From: a virus
Lineage: Duplodnaviria; Caudoviricetes
DNA length: 64,000 nt
IMG/VR virus record: IMGVR_UViG_3300022666_000111
Reading direction: 5' to 3' (one strand)
Part shown: positions 47,418 through 56,295 of the stretch, piece after piece
Layout of the letters: every line of letters starts with the position of its first letter
Position numbering within the stretch: the stretch's first letter is position 1
Position numbers and translations under genes: made by a program
Notes under the pieces: generated by a model
What the model was told of the DNA's origin: nothing
Database searches by the model: none
Seen by the model: the letters and a program-made list of their open reading frames with translations, nothing else

Positions 47418-47551
47418 GCAGGTGAGTACACCGATGAATCGTTCAGATCAACAGAATCTTGCAGGCGACGGCGTTCGGATGCCTTGAGCTTCCAGGAGGT
47501 GCGGGCTCCATTCAGATGCCTTGATTAATCTACTTGTAATTCTGATGAGGC

Positions 47552-48049
47552 ATGCCACAGAAGATTTGCTTTAAGTGTAAGCTGCCCAAAGACCTTGAGA
47601 GTGAGTTCTTCAGGTGCCGGTCACGTGGGGATGGTCGTGGGGCGTGGTGCAAAGACTGTACCGTGAAGTACAATAAGGCCCGGCGAAAAGCCGATCCAGA
47701 GGGGACGTCAGAGCATTCCCGGTGGTACTTCCTCGGCTGGAAATACGGGATGACGCGGGAGCAGTACGAGCGGATGTTCGAAGCACAGGGCGGATGTTGT
47801 GCTATTTGCCGGATTCCCGACGCCCAGGCGAATCGCCCAGGCAAACAGCGCAACAGTCAGAGTAGTCGCGGTCTTTGTGTTGACCATGATCACCAAACCG
47901 GCGTTGTTCGCGGACTCTTGTGTAACACCTGCAATCGAGCCATTGGATATCTCAAGGACAGCCCGGAGGTTTTACTGCGTGCTATGTTATATCTTCAAGC
48001 AGCTCGCGCTGGATCTTGCGACGCTCTGACGGACGGAGCTGGTGTTTAA
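47552..48049 (+). CDS. Endonuclease VII-family protein (likely homing type)
   Basis: KYGMT..QY..M..AQGGCCAIC, CVDHDH.TG.VRGLLC..CN. Confidence 0.85.
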   Translation: MPQKICFKCKLPKDLESEFFRCRSRGDGRGAWCKDCTVKYNKARRKADPEGTSEHSRWYFLGWKYGMTREQYERMFEAQGGCCAICRIPDAQANRPGKQRNSQSSRGLCVDHDHQTGVVRGLLCNTCNRAIGYLKDSPEVLLRAMLYLQAARAGSCDALTDGAGV

Positions 48050-48131
48050 CCTTAGCCCCACATACTTTCCAGTATTTGCACATGATGCATCCGGATCGGC
48101 GATTCTTGGGGCGCTTTCGTTTGTGGTGCAT
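47982..48131 (-). CDS. Small basic CxxC protein
   Basis: MHHKRKRPKNRRSGCIMCK; strong SD AAGGAG. Confidence 0.5.
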   Translation of the reverse strand: MHHKRKRPKNRRSGCIMCKYWKVCGAKVKHQLRPSERRKIQRELLEDIT

Positions 48132-48223
48132 GTTATCTCCTTGACCGGCGCAACCGGCGCGGTCATGAAGAACCAGAGGAAGCGGATGTCCATTATCATG
48201 CCCCGGGGCATAGCATTGAAAGA

Positions 48224-48712
48224 CTAGGTTGGCACGCCTTCTCTTGTGCGGGTGATGTCGGATCCTCTTCGGGTGGCGAGCACAAGCCAGGTTCCAGGCG
48301 ACTTGGCGACGACTTCTTGAGCCATATCGCGCTGCATATACCGGACACCCCCATCGCTTTGCTGCCCTGGCCCATGGACTTCCCACCAGATCCCTTCAGC
48401 ATCCCACATGGTCCCTGCGTCCCGGAAGCCCGCCTCATGGACGTTGAAGAAGCTGAAGGGGGCGTCGTAAGGGTAGTTGTCCCCATTGTCATGGGCGATG
48501 AAGATCGTGCCCCCACGGGTGAAAGCCCACAAGCGATCCGTGAGCCAATCGACGTAGGTGTCATCGGAGCGGCTTTGGTACTGCTTGATGACAGCCCGCA
48601 TGGCGTCGCGGTCCTGCGTGACGGAGGCGAGGAATGCCTCCTCATAGCGAAAGTTTCGGACGGTGAACAGCTCACGCGTCTCAAGGTTCACGACGAAGGC
48701 GTCAACTCCCAT
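48224..48712 (-). CDS. Hypothetical protein
   Basis: SD AGGAG; MGVD...VNLETRE. Confidence 0.55.
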   Translation of the reverse strand: MGVDAFVVNLETRELFTVRNFRYEEAFLASVTQDRDAMRAVIKQYQSRSDDTYVDWLTDRLWAFTRGGTIFIAHDNGDNYPYDAPFSFFNVHEAGFRDAGTMWDAEGIWWEVHGPGQQSDGGVRYMQRDMAQEVVAKSPGTWLVLATRRGSDITRTREGVPT

Positions 48713-49049
48713 GGGGGTCTCCTAGTGCGTCATCCATTGCGTTCATCTTGACCCGAAGGGGGTCGTAGTACTTCTTGGGCGGCGTTCCGTCCAGCTTGGC
48801 GGAGACGGTTCGCCCACACTTTCGACACAGATAGAACCGGCCGAAGGTCCCATCCCGGAGGGTCATGTGGCGCCCGCAATCCGGGCAAGGAAGGTCCTTC
48901 ACAGCGCGGTCCGGGGCGATGTGCTCCTTGGCTATTTGCAGACGGTGGATGGCATCCCTTTTGGCAGGAGATACCTCCTTCCAGAATGCAATCATCTTGA
49001 GCTGCTTTTCCGTCTTGGGCTTTTCCGTCTTGGGCTTAGGCTTTTTCAT
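48702..49049 (-). CDS. Topoisomerase-C4-type Zn-ribbon protein
   Basis: CPDCG..M.LR.G.FGRFY.C..C. Confidence 0.65.
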   Translation of the reverse strand: MKKPKPKTEKPKTEKQLKMIAFWKEVSPAKRDAIHRLQIAKEHIAPDRAVKDLPCPDCGRHMTLRDGTFGRFYLCRKCGRTVSAKLDGTPPKKYYDPLRVKMNAMDDALGDPHGS

Positions 49050-49527
49050 CGAACATGCCATCCGATTCTTCGAGCAGGTCGAAAGCGTCGGACATCCCGG
49101 GGAACGTCTCTTTGAGAAGGCCAATGAGCTTGAGGCATTGCTCCGTGTTGAACTTGGCGATGTGCGCGTCGTCTGGGTGGATGGCCATGTTGATGGCCAT
49201 CCAGAAGTAGGCGTCATCACGATTCCTGAAGACCTTGTGGGGGCTGTCCGGCCGCCAAAGCCGGTCGAGGTAGTGGTGCGCGCGTTGCCTTGCGACACGG
49301 GTAAGTTTGTCAGCGGGGACGCCAAAGGGCTCCCCATCCGGGTGGGCTCCATGTGAGCCTCGGCATCGAGGGTAGTTCGAGCACCCGTAGAATTGCCCGT
49401 AGCGTGACGTCTTGAGGCGCAGCATACCATCGCAGCCAGGCTCGGGGCATTTGAGGTCTGTGCGTTCCTTGGGCCAAAGTAACTCGAGGCCCAGGTCATC
49501 GTCGTCAAAGGGGTTTTCGGCGAGCAT
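49036..49527 (-). CDS. Zn-ribbon / DUF3268-like protein
   Basis: CP.PGC...RYGQFYGCSNYPRC..SHGAHP.G.P.G.PA...R..AH..LD.LW. Confidence 0.75.
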   Translation of the reverse strand: MLAENPFDDDDLGLELLWPKERTDLKCPEPGCDGMLRLKTSRYGQFYGCSNYPRCRGSHGAHPDGEPFGVPADKLTRVARQRAHHYLDRLWRPDSPHKVFRNRDDAYFWMAINMAIHPDDAHIAKFNTEQCLKLIGLLKETFPGMSDAFDLLEESDGMFDEKA

Positions 49528-50104
49528 CCCCTGGCTCTACACCGTGTTCCTCCGGGATTCGGAAAACATCGTCCAGGGTAATGATGACAGCTTCACCGTT
49601 GCGCATGATCTTCACGCGGGTCTTGTCATCGGCCTCACGGTAGATCTCGTAGTCGGATGGGAGGTTGCCGGATCGGTAGTGCCACTCAAGGGCGAAGAGG
49701 GCGTGGATGCCCGTTCCCGCCAACGTCACGCCACGCACGACGCGATCGATCAGGGACATAGGGAATGCCCGCATCATTCCCTTGAGGTCTGCGGCCGGTA
49801 GGTTGAGGCCGTCAATGATGAATTCGACGAGCCCCGCGACATCCTGGTTACGATAAGCATCGTACCAGTGACGCATGTAGCCGTGGATCCCACGCGTGAC
49901 GAGCTGCGTGAGCATCTCACTTGTTACTACGGGGTGGGGGCCAAGTGACGCCATGTAGGTGCGCATGTCAAACGTGGCCTTGGCAGCGGCGTCTTCAAGT
50001 CCGTAGGTGTAGTCTCGGGGCTTCCCCTCAAAGACAATGAGGGGTTTACCTGACGACCCTTGTAGCTCGTTCCAGAATGAATCGAAGTCGTCATCCATGT
50101 TCAT
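49505..50104 (-). CDS. Hypothetical protein
   Basis: SD GAGGTG. Confidence 0.55.
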   Translation of the reverse strand: MNMDDDFDSFWNELQGSSGKPLIVFEGKPRDYTYGLEDAAAKATFDMRTYMASLGPHPVVTSEMLTQLVTRGIHGYMRHWYDAYRNQDVAGLVEFIIDGLNLPAADLKGMMRAFPMSLIDRVVRGVTLAGTGIHALFALEWHYRSGNLPSDYEIYREADDKTRVKIMRNGEAVIITLDDVFRIPEEHGVEPGDARRKPL

Positions 50105-50537
50105 CGGACACCTCAAGGACCTTCGGAGGGAACCAATCCGGCACTAGCGCATCCGGGCTGAACCCATAGGAAACCCAAAGGGGTGGCTCATCAATCCCGA
50201 TGATCCTTGAGCCCATCTGGATGTGCGAGATTGCCTTGACCACGAAGTCGTAGAGCCCCGGTCGCGTGTTGAGCTGCGTCAAAATGTGCTTGGCCGCAAC
50301 GCGGAGCGTTTCGACGCCCCAGGCAACATGCGTCGGAGGTAAGATTAGGTGAACCTTCCGGTACGTCCCATCTGTCGGCCGTGCAAGCCAGATCGCAAGG
50401 ATAATCACGGAGAGGAAGCGCTTCCGATTGAATGTGCTCTCCCGGAACCCTCGCATCAGCGGCTCGTTGTAAAGGGCAAGTTGTTCGTCAGTCGGGGCGA
50501 AGCCCATCATCTCTTCGTGGAATTGCGCAAGGTCCAT
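50091..50537 (-). CDS. Hypothetical protein
   Basis: ATG 11 nt after GGTGTAG. Confidence 0.5.
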   Translation of the reverse strand: MDLAQFHEEMMGFAPTDEQLALYNEPLMRGFRESTFNRKRFLSVIILAIWLARPTDGTYRKVHLILPPTHVAWGVETLRVAAKHILTQLNTRPGLYDFVVKAISHIQMGSRIIGIDEPPLWVSYGFSPDALVPDWFPPKVLEVSDEHG

Positions 50538-50548
50538 CGTGCGTTCCT

Positions 50549-50565
50549 CTACACCGCTGGTGTAG
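50549..50565. promoter_or_regulatory. Palindromic bidirectional element CTACACC-GCT-GGTGTAG
   Basis: Between divergent genes. Confidence 0.7.
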
Positions 50566-50715
50566 GTGGTGAGGCTAGACGTTTGTTGCTTCGACGGCAA
50601 CCCTCATGTATATGATCCCCTTCCAGGATCCCAAAGCCCAGAAAGGATGGCGATGGCAAGTGGCGAAGGGATCGGCAACGTCGAGCAACGACGCCCAACC
50701 CTCAAGGAGATTGTA

Positions 50716-51477
50716 ATGGAACAGCTATTCGCATGGATTCTCTCTTTCATGGTGGCCGTAGCGCCCCCGGGCCGGAACACTTACATCCCAGAAGCCAACG
50801 AAACCAAAGACGACGCAATGGCTCGCTATGAGTCGATCGCGCAAGACGTCGCACAAGTCATCTGGGACACCGAGGAAAAGCCCCTCTTCCAAGGCCCAAA
50901 CGGACGCGCACGAACAGCGGCCCTTATTCTTAGCGTGATGCTTCATGAGTCGGCATTCCGCAAGGACGTCGACACCGGGATCGGAAAGCTCGCCAGGGGC
51001 GACGGAGGTCGTTCTTGGTGTCTCATGCAGATGAACATCGGATCCGGTCGAACGATCTCGTGGAACAAAACCAAGTACCGCTTTGCCAAGGACGGGGACC
51101 CCGTCGACGAGATTCTCCCAAGCTACACAGGGCAGATGCTCGTCCAGGACCGGAAGAATTGCATCCGAGCCGGGCTGCACGGGATTCACGGGACGCGTTG
51201 CGGTGGGCTGCCGGTTCGAGAATGGCTGCGTGCGTACGCCAGCGGGTCTTGTGAGAAGGGCTCAACGGAGAGCCGCCGACGCATGGATGTAGCAATCGCG
51301 TGGTACAACAACCACCGACCGTCATTTACTGACGCGGACATCCTGACAGCAATGGCAACACCGCCTGCTCCAGCACCGGCGCCTACGGCCCCTATGGTCT
51401 TGGTTCTCCCCGAGGACCTTCGCCGGGCTGTTGCGGAGACACTTATCCCGAACCCTTGGAGAGGTGCTACCCCATGA
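50716..51477 (+). CDS. Lysozyme-fold / lytic transglycosylase-like protein
   Basis: N-terminal hydrophobic segment; VMLHESAF (catalytic ES), GDGGRSWCLMQ, LRAYASG. Confidence 0.6.
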   Translation: MEQLFAWILSFMVAVAPPGRNTYIPEANETKDDAMARYESIAQDVAQVIWDTEEKPLFQGPNGRARTAALILSVMLHESAFRKDVDTGIGKLARGDGGRSWCLMQMNIGSGRTISWNKTKYRFAKDGDPVDEILPSYTGQMLVQDRKNCIRAGLHGIHGTRCGGLPVREWLRAYASGSCEKGSTESRRRMDVAIAWYNNHRPSFTDADILTAMATPPAPAPAPTAPMVLVLPEDLRRAVAETLIPNPWRGATP

Positions 51478-51917
51478 AGATGACCAACGACGAGCTACAG
51501 GATCTGAAGGCGCGGTGCTTGACCGCGATCCATCGTGACTACACCATCGCGCATGTTGAGAGCCACATTGCCAACCTCAAGGTCGAAGCGGGTAATCCCG
51601 CGCTGCCTGCTGACCCCAGGATGGCCCTTGTAGCGCTCATTGACACGGCACTAGCCATCCGTGCCGGAAAGATTGCGCCCCCGGCAAAGCCCATCGTGGC
51701 GCCCGAGGTCAAGCCAGCCCCGAAGCCTGAGCCCGTCAAGGAGCCCGAGCCCGAGCCGGTTGTGGAAGAACCCAAGGCAGAAGAAGCACCTGTCGAGGAG
51801 CCCAAGGCAGAAGAAGCACCTGCGCCCGTGTTGACCTCGGGTGAGACGACAGCCGCCGATGACGCCCCCGCAGCCGAAGAGACCCCCAAGCACAAGAGGG
51901 GCGGCAAGCGCTCCTAG
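51474..51917 (+). CDS. Pro/Glu-rich hypothetical protein
   Basis: SD GAGGTG; EEPKAEEAP duplicated. Confidence 0.55.
   Translation: MKMTNDELQDLKARCLTAIHRDYTIAHVESHIANLKVEAGNPALPADPRMALVALIDTALAIRAGKIAPPAKPIVAPEVKPAPKPEPVKEPEPEPVVEEPKAEEAPVEEPKAEEAPAPVLTSGETTAADDAPAAEETPKHKRGGKRS
51771..51822 (+). repeat. Intragenic direct repeat (22 bp, 30-bp period)
   Basis: CCCAAGGCAGAAGAAGCACCTG at 51771 and 51801. Confidence 0.8.
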
Positions 51918-52615
51918 TCCTTCTTTTCCCCATAAACACCCACACCATGTAGTGCATTGAAGATCGGCTTTACGCTCAAACCCAGAGCTTGGGCTATACG
52001 CTTCAAAGACCATCCTTCAGATCGTAAGCGCTGACACACGGCCACCTGCTCGGTATCAAGGGCTCGCTTAGCTTGACCCATGCGTTTGCGGGTCGACTCG
52101 GTGTGGATAGCCCCGAGTCGCATGTAGCCAACTTGTGCGGCACGTTCCGGATGATCTTGATGCCAAGCTTTGAGAGCGTCTGAGATGGCTTGTTTTGTCT
52201 CAGAGCTTCTGGGAACACCTCGTATAGCGTCGTGTGCTTTTGACGTTAGGGTTAACCTTTCCTCGGCTGATAGCCCCTGTAGACGTGCCTTGTGTACAGC
52301 GGACATCCTGTTCGGAGAACCTCCAAAGCCCCCTGTTTGGCGGTTCTGTAGAAGAGGGCACGTCTTCATAGCCTCGGCTATCCTTAAGCGTTCGTCTGTA
52401 TAGGCGGCCTCTTCATTGTCCCACCACTGCAAGGGTTGTAGCTCATACGCTTGGAACCCCCCATTTTGAAGCATGTACTGTCGAAGGTGGTTGCAACGCT
52501 TGGCATTGCAGTGGTTAGCCCAGCGCTTTCGAGGCCGTGCCGTTTTTCCGATATAGATAGTTGCGTCTGTCTCAATGTGGCGAATACGATAAACGCAGAA
52601 CTTCTTGTGTGACAT
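51914..52615 (-). mobile_element. GIY-YIG homing endonuclease with NUMOD3-like and HTH domains
   Basis: CVYRI...IYIGKT..P.KRW.NH, E...I, N...GG.G; C-terminal GWSLKRIAQALGLS. Confidence 0.85.
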
Positions 52616-52622
52616 GCTTGGC

Positions 52623-53333
52623 ATGAGCATTGAACTCCCAGATAAACTAACACCGCTCACAAAAGTTGATCTCATCGAGGCGCTTTGGATGGGGCATCTG
52701 GCATACTTCGGCGCTCCTCCCTCTAAAGAGTGTCTCTGGATTGTTGCGGCACAGGTCATTTTGGAAACGGGCCTCAAATACTGTCATAACTATAATCTAG
52801 GAAATGTTAAGTCGAAGGACGGGGACGGCTTTGACTACCAATTCTTCGGATGCGGTGAAGAGGTCTCCCTCGCGACCGCCAATGCTTGGAAGGCCAAAGA
52901 CCCGAGCCTCGTCAAGATCAAGCGAATCTACCAGGTGAACGGAAAAGACCGGGCATCGGTCTGGGTTGACCCGCCGCATTGGGTGAGCCGGTTCCGAGCC
53001 TTTCACACAGCGGAGGAGGGCGCCCTTGACCACGTAGCGCTTCTCGCCCGGCGCTTCCCCTATGCGCTTGAAGCCGCCAAGCGTAAGGACATCCGGGGGT
53101 ACGCCCATGCCCTGAAGCAGGCGGGCTACTACACGGCGGATGAGGGGCAGTACACGGCAACGATCGTGGGGAGCTACGTGATCGCCGAGAAGGTCCCCGT
53201 GGACTATGACGCCCTCCCCGTCTTGACGGACGCCCAAGGCGAGCAGCTCATGAACCTCGTCGCACGGTCCATCCAAGCCAGTGTGGATGACTACCTCCAA
53301 GAATGCCGTGAGGACGAGCCCGATACGGTGTAG
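52623..53333 (+). CDS. GH73 (FlgJ/glucosaminidase-like) peptidoglycan hydrolase
   Basis: AQVILETG, NYNLGNVK, FRAF, LKQAGYYTA. Confidence 0.75.
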   Translation: MSIELPDKLTPLTKVDLIEALWMGHLAYFGAPPSKECLWIVAAQVILETGLKYCHNYNLGNVKSKDGDGFDYQFFGCGEEVSLATANAWKAKDPSLVKIKRIYQVNGKDRASVWVDPPHWVSRFRAFHTAEEGALDHVALLARRFPYALEAAKRKDIRGYAHALKQAGYYTADEGQYTATIVGSYVIAEKVPVDYDALPVLTDAQGEQLMNLVARSIQASVDDYLQECREDEPDTV

Positions 53334-53342
53334 TCCCAAGGC

Positions 53343-53636
53343 ATGTGGCTCAAATACCGACACAAGTTTTCCAGCGGTTCAGGCGGGGAGTGGTCGTGGA
53401 AGATCCTCTCCTTCGACGACACCGTTCCGAGCAAGGACATCCTCAAGGACACCCTCACGGAGATTCGGCAGGAGTATGAGTGGTCTGAGCAATACCGTGG
53501 GGTCGAGCACGAGGTCGTGAGCGTTCCGCCGCAAGAGGTCATTCTGATGAAGATCGGCGAGACACGGAGCCGGATCCAGGCTTTGGAGAACTTTTCACGG
53601 TATCTCCAAAGCCTCGTGGAGCCTACGGCTTCTTGA
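53343..53636 (+). CDS. Hypothetical protein
   Basis: ATG 9 nt after GGTGTAG (53327-53333). Confidence 0.55.
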   Translation: MWLKYRHKFSSGSGGEWSWKILSFDDTVPSKDILKDTLTEIRQEYEWSEQYRGVEHEVVSVPPQEVILMKIGETRSRIQALENFSRYLQSLVEPTAS

Positions 53637-54000
53637 CTTCAACGCGGTCTTCGCGGTCATCAATGGCCGCGAAGTGCTTGTTTGGATGGTTGCCCTCTTC
53701 GAATTCCAAGAGGGCTAGGTTGGCGACGTCAACCAAAAACTCCACGTTCCCCGTCTCAGCATAGCGGTCAACGCGGGCCTTGATGGCCTTGAGGAGGTCG
53801 TACTTAGGCTTCCCGGGGGAGTTGAGCCTGCCGTAACGGAGCGCCCCCATAACGAGACGGTTCCGCATGAGCTTCTCGAAGCGTGGGCTCCATTCGGTTT
53901 TCCACAGGTCCTCCGAGTAAGCGACGCTATTCTCGGTAAGCTCCGGGAGCCCGGCCGCCCAACGCCAAAGGTTCTTGATGAAAAAGGCGCGATCCATCAT
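53623..54000 (-). CDS. Conserved phage hypothetical protein
   Basis: MRNRL.MGALRYG, TGN.EFLVDVAN.A..EF. Confidence 0.65.
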   Translation of the reverse strand: MMDRAFFIKNLWRWAAGLPELTENSVAYSEDLWKTEWSPRFEKLMRNRLVMGALRYGRLNSPGKPKYDLLKAIKARVDRYAETGNVEFLVDVANLALLEFEEGNHPNKHFAAIDDREDRVEVKKP

Positions 54001-55709
54001 AGCTGGTGTCCCCATTCGGAATCATCCGGTTGACCAGGATCCTCGAGGTAGCCCTCGGGGATCCTCCCATTCTCTACGAGCTTTCCCATGAGCTTGCGGG
54101 TCCGGTCAAGGGTAGCCTCATCCGGGATGCCTGCCTTGCGGGGCCGGGGGAGGATGCTCATAAGCCAGAAGGCTTCAACCGGCTTGAGCTGCCCCGGTGT
54201 GACCTTGAAGTAGTGCTTGGAAGCCGGGCCGATCCCGTAGAGGTCCGGGCCGTATTCGACGACGTTGAGGTATAGCTCGATGATCTTGTCCTTGAGGTAG
54301 CAAGACTCGATCGCCTGGGCCAAGAAGAACTCCTGCGCCTTACGCCCCAAGGTCTTATCGCGACGAAGCCAGAGGTTCTTCGCGAGCTGCATGGTGATCG
54401 TTGAGCCGCCTCGGTGGAAGCGCCCGAGCTTGAGGTTGTCCAGGAGGGAGTTACGGTAAGCGCCGATGTCAACGCCTCTGTGTGCGACGTAGCCGGGGTC
54501 CTCCATGGTGATGGCCGCGTTGATGAGCCCCTCGGGAATCGCCTCAAGGGGGACCCAATCGGCGGAGCCTGGGCCGGACGTGCGGTCTACGAGGTCGTTC
54601 TTGGAGGAGTAGACCTTGTAGGTGAACGGCTTGGCAAGCGCCTTGAGCTTGGCCGCGTCACACTTCGCGCGACAGGATGTGTTGACATGTAGGGAAGGTT
54701 TGTCCCCATAACCAACGCGGAAGTCCACGTCTCCGGTGAACGTGATGCCTTCAAGAGGCTCACGAAGCCCCACGGGGAGGCTGGCGACCCAAGCCGAGCA
54801 TGCGCCCTTGCCATCGATCGTCTTGGCGTCAGGAATCCATGAGGCGTCTGCGAAGCCCTCAAGGTTGGCCGTGATGACTTTGCGGTTGGTGATCGTCAGT
54901 ACCACCATCTTGTCGAAGACCACGGGAACAGCGTTCAGCCACTCGTGCTGGAGCACGGCGCCTCCGATTTGGACCTCAATGGGCTCGCCGTAACGCACGA
55001 CGACCTTCTCGAGGCGTTGCCCCATGGCGATGACGCTTTGAGCCATCGCCTTCCTCCCGTCCTTGGAAATCATCGCCTTCTCAACAGCGATCTCAGGACC
55101 TCCTTCGGGCTTGATGGTGACCTTGGCGACGGTGCCAAGGTCGTCCTTGAGGTTCAGGGCGGCGCCTTGTAGGGACCAGGACGTTGTGGGGTATGTGTGA
55201 ATCGGCTGGAGGTACTTCCCAGAAGCCTCAGTGAGGGTGATGTCGTCCTTGGCCTTTCGGACGCCCTTGAAGGTCGCCTCGAAGTCTGGGTTGGTGGCCT
55301 CGCCGGTTTCGGCGGTGATGGTCCCCTGGTCATCAAGGGCAGCGTTGTGCAGCACGGCCTTGAGGCTTCCCTTGAAGACCGTGACCGTGAGCCCCGAGGC
55401 TGTGACCTTACGCTCGGAGGGGTTTGTGGGCTTGCTATCGCCCAAGGTGACGGCTGCCCAGCCTCCTTGGATTTCCACCCGGCCTCCCCAGCTTACGCGC
55501 ACGTTTGGCAACGACGCCGTGAGGTTGGGGCGGTTGACGTGGAGGCTCAGACGAGAGTACCCCAAGCGTGGGCTCACGTCACCAACGGTGACGCCAGGGT
55601 AGTTCTTCTCGACGTGCCATCGGATGGCCATAGGGGTCGCCGCGTAGAAGCCGGTCCCGAGGGCAAGCACCGAGATCGCGACCAGGGCTGTTTTATGCCG
55701 AAAGGTCAT
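53997..55709 (-). CDS. Biosynthetic peptidoglycan glycosyltransferase (GT51, MtgA-like) with long N-terminal region
   Basis: N-terminal TM; ED..Y..H.G, GGSTITMQLAKNL, RKAQE, K..IIE.YLN..EYG, LP.P. Confidence 0.9.
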   Translation of the reverse strand: MTFRHKTALVAISVLALGTGFYAATPMAIRWHVEKNYPGVTVGDVSPRLGYSRLSLHVNRPNLTASLPNVRVSWGGRVEIQGGWAAVTLGDSKPTNPSERKVTASGLTVTVFKGSLKAVLHNAALDDQGTITAETGEATNPDFEATFKGVRKAKDDITLTEASGKYLQPIHTYPTTSWSLQGAALNLKDDLGTVAKVTIKPEGGPEIAVEKAMISKDGRKAMAQSVIAMGQRLEKVVVRYGEPIEVQIGGAVLQHEWLNAVPVVFDKMVVLTITNRKVITANLEGFADASWIPDAKTIDGKGACSAWVASLPVGLREPLEGITFTGDVDFRVGYGDKPSLHVNTSCRAKCDAAKLKALAKPFTYKVYSSKNDLVDRTSGPGSADWVPLEAIPEGLINAAITMEDPGYVAHRGVDIGAYRNSLLDNLKLGRFHRGGSTITMQLAKNLWLRRDKTLGRKAQEFFLAQAIESCYLKDKIIELYLNVVEYGPDLYGIGPASKHYFKVTPGQLKPVEAFWLMSILPRPRKAGIPDEATLDRTRKLMGKLVENGRIPEGYLEDPGQPDDSEWGHQL

Positions 55710-56230
55710 TCTTGTTCCTCATCAGCTATGCGATCGTACCAGGTCGAATCTGAATCCTGGGACGGAGGTTGCACTATGGTGGGGTTTGGATCGACATGCG
55801 GTTGGGGTTGGATGAGGATCTCATCCATATCGTGACCATGGACCGCGTTCGTGAGCATGTTGACTTGGCGGGCAAGACGATCGATCCGACCAAGCATACG
55901 AGCATTAAGCACTTCTAAGGGGACTCCGTTTTTGATAGCTTTTACCTGGTCCTCAAGGCGCGCTAGCCGAATTGCTGTCTCACGTTTCCATTCAGCGTCA
56001 TCCGCGCGGGTTTGGTGGCGGTTAACCACACGTGCCAGCAGGTCGGTAGCTACGACAACCCCTCCAAAAACCCACACGAGGTGCCAGAACTTGACGCTGA
56101 AGCCTACAAAGTGTGCCGTGACGCCGTAGGCCGTCAGTAGGACGACGCCTGAGCAGAGCGCGCACAGTATGATCCTGAGACGGCGAAGGATGACCTTATC
56201 GTCAACGGGGGAGCCAGGTGAGTATCCCAT
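55706..56230 (-). CDS. Two-TM membrane protein with STWYDRIADEE tail
   Basis: ATG 9 nt after GGTGTAG (56240-56246). Confidence 0.6.
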   Translation of the reverse strand: MGYSPGSPVDDKVILRRLRIILCALCSGVVLLTAYGVTAHFVGFSVKFWHLVWVFGGVVVATDLLARVVNRHQTRADDAEWKRETAIRLARLEDQVKAIKNGVPLEVLNARMLGRIDRLARQVNMLTNAVHGHDMDEILIQPQPHVDPNPTIVQPPSQDSDSTWYDRIADEEQE

Positions 56231-56295
56231 GGACCCCAACTACACCGATGGCTCCTTGGGGTCCAGCTAGCCTTTCGATAACGATGTCATTGGTG

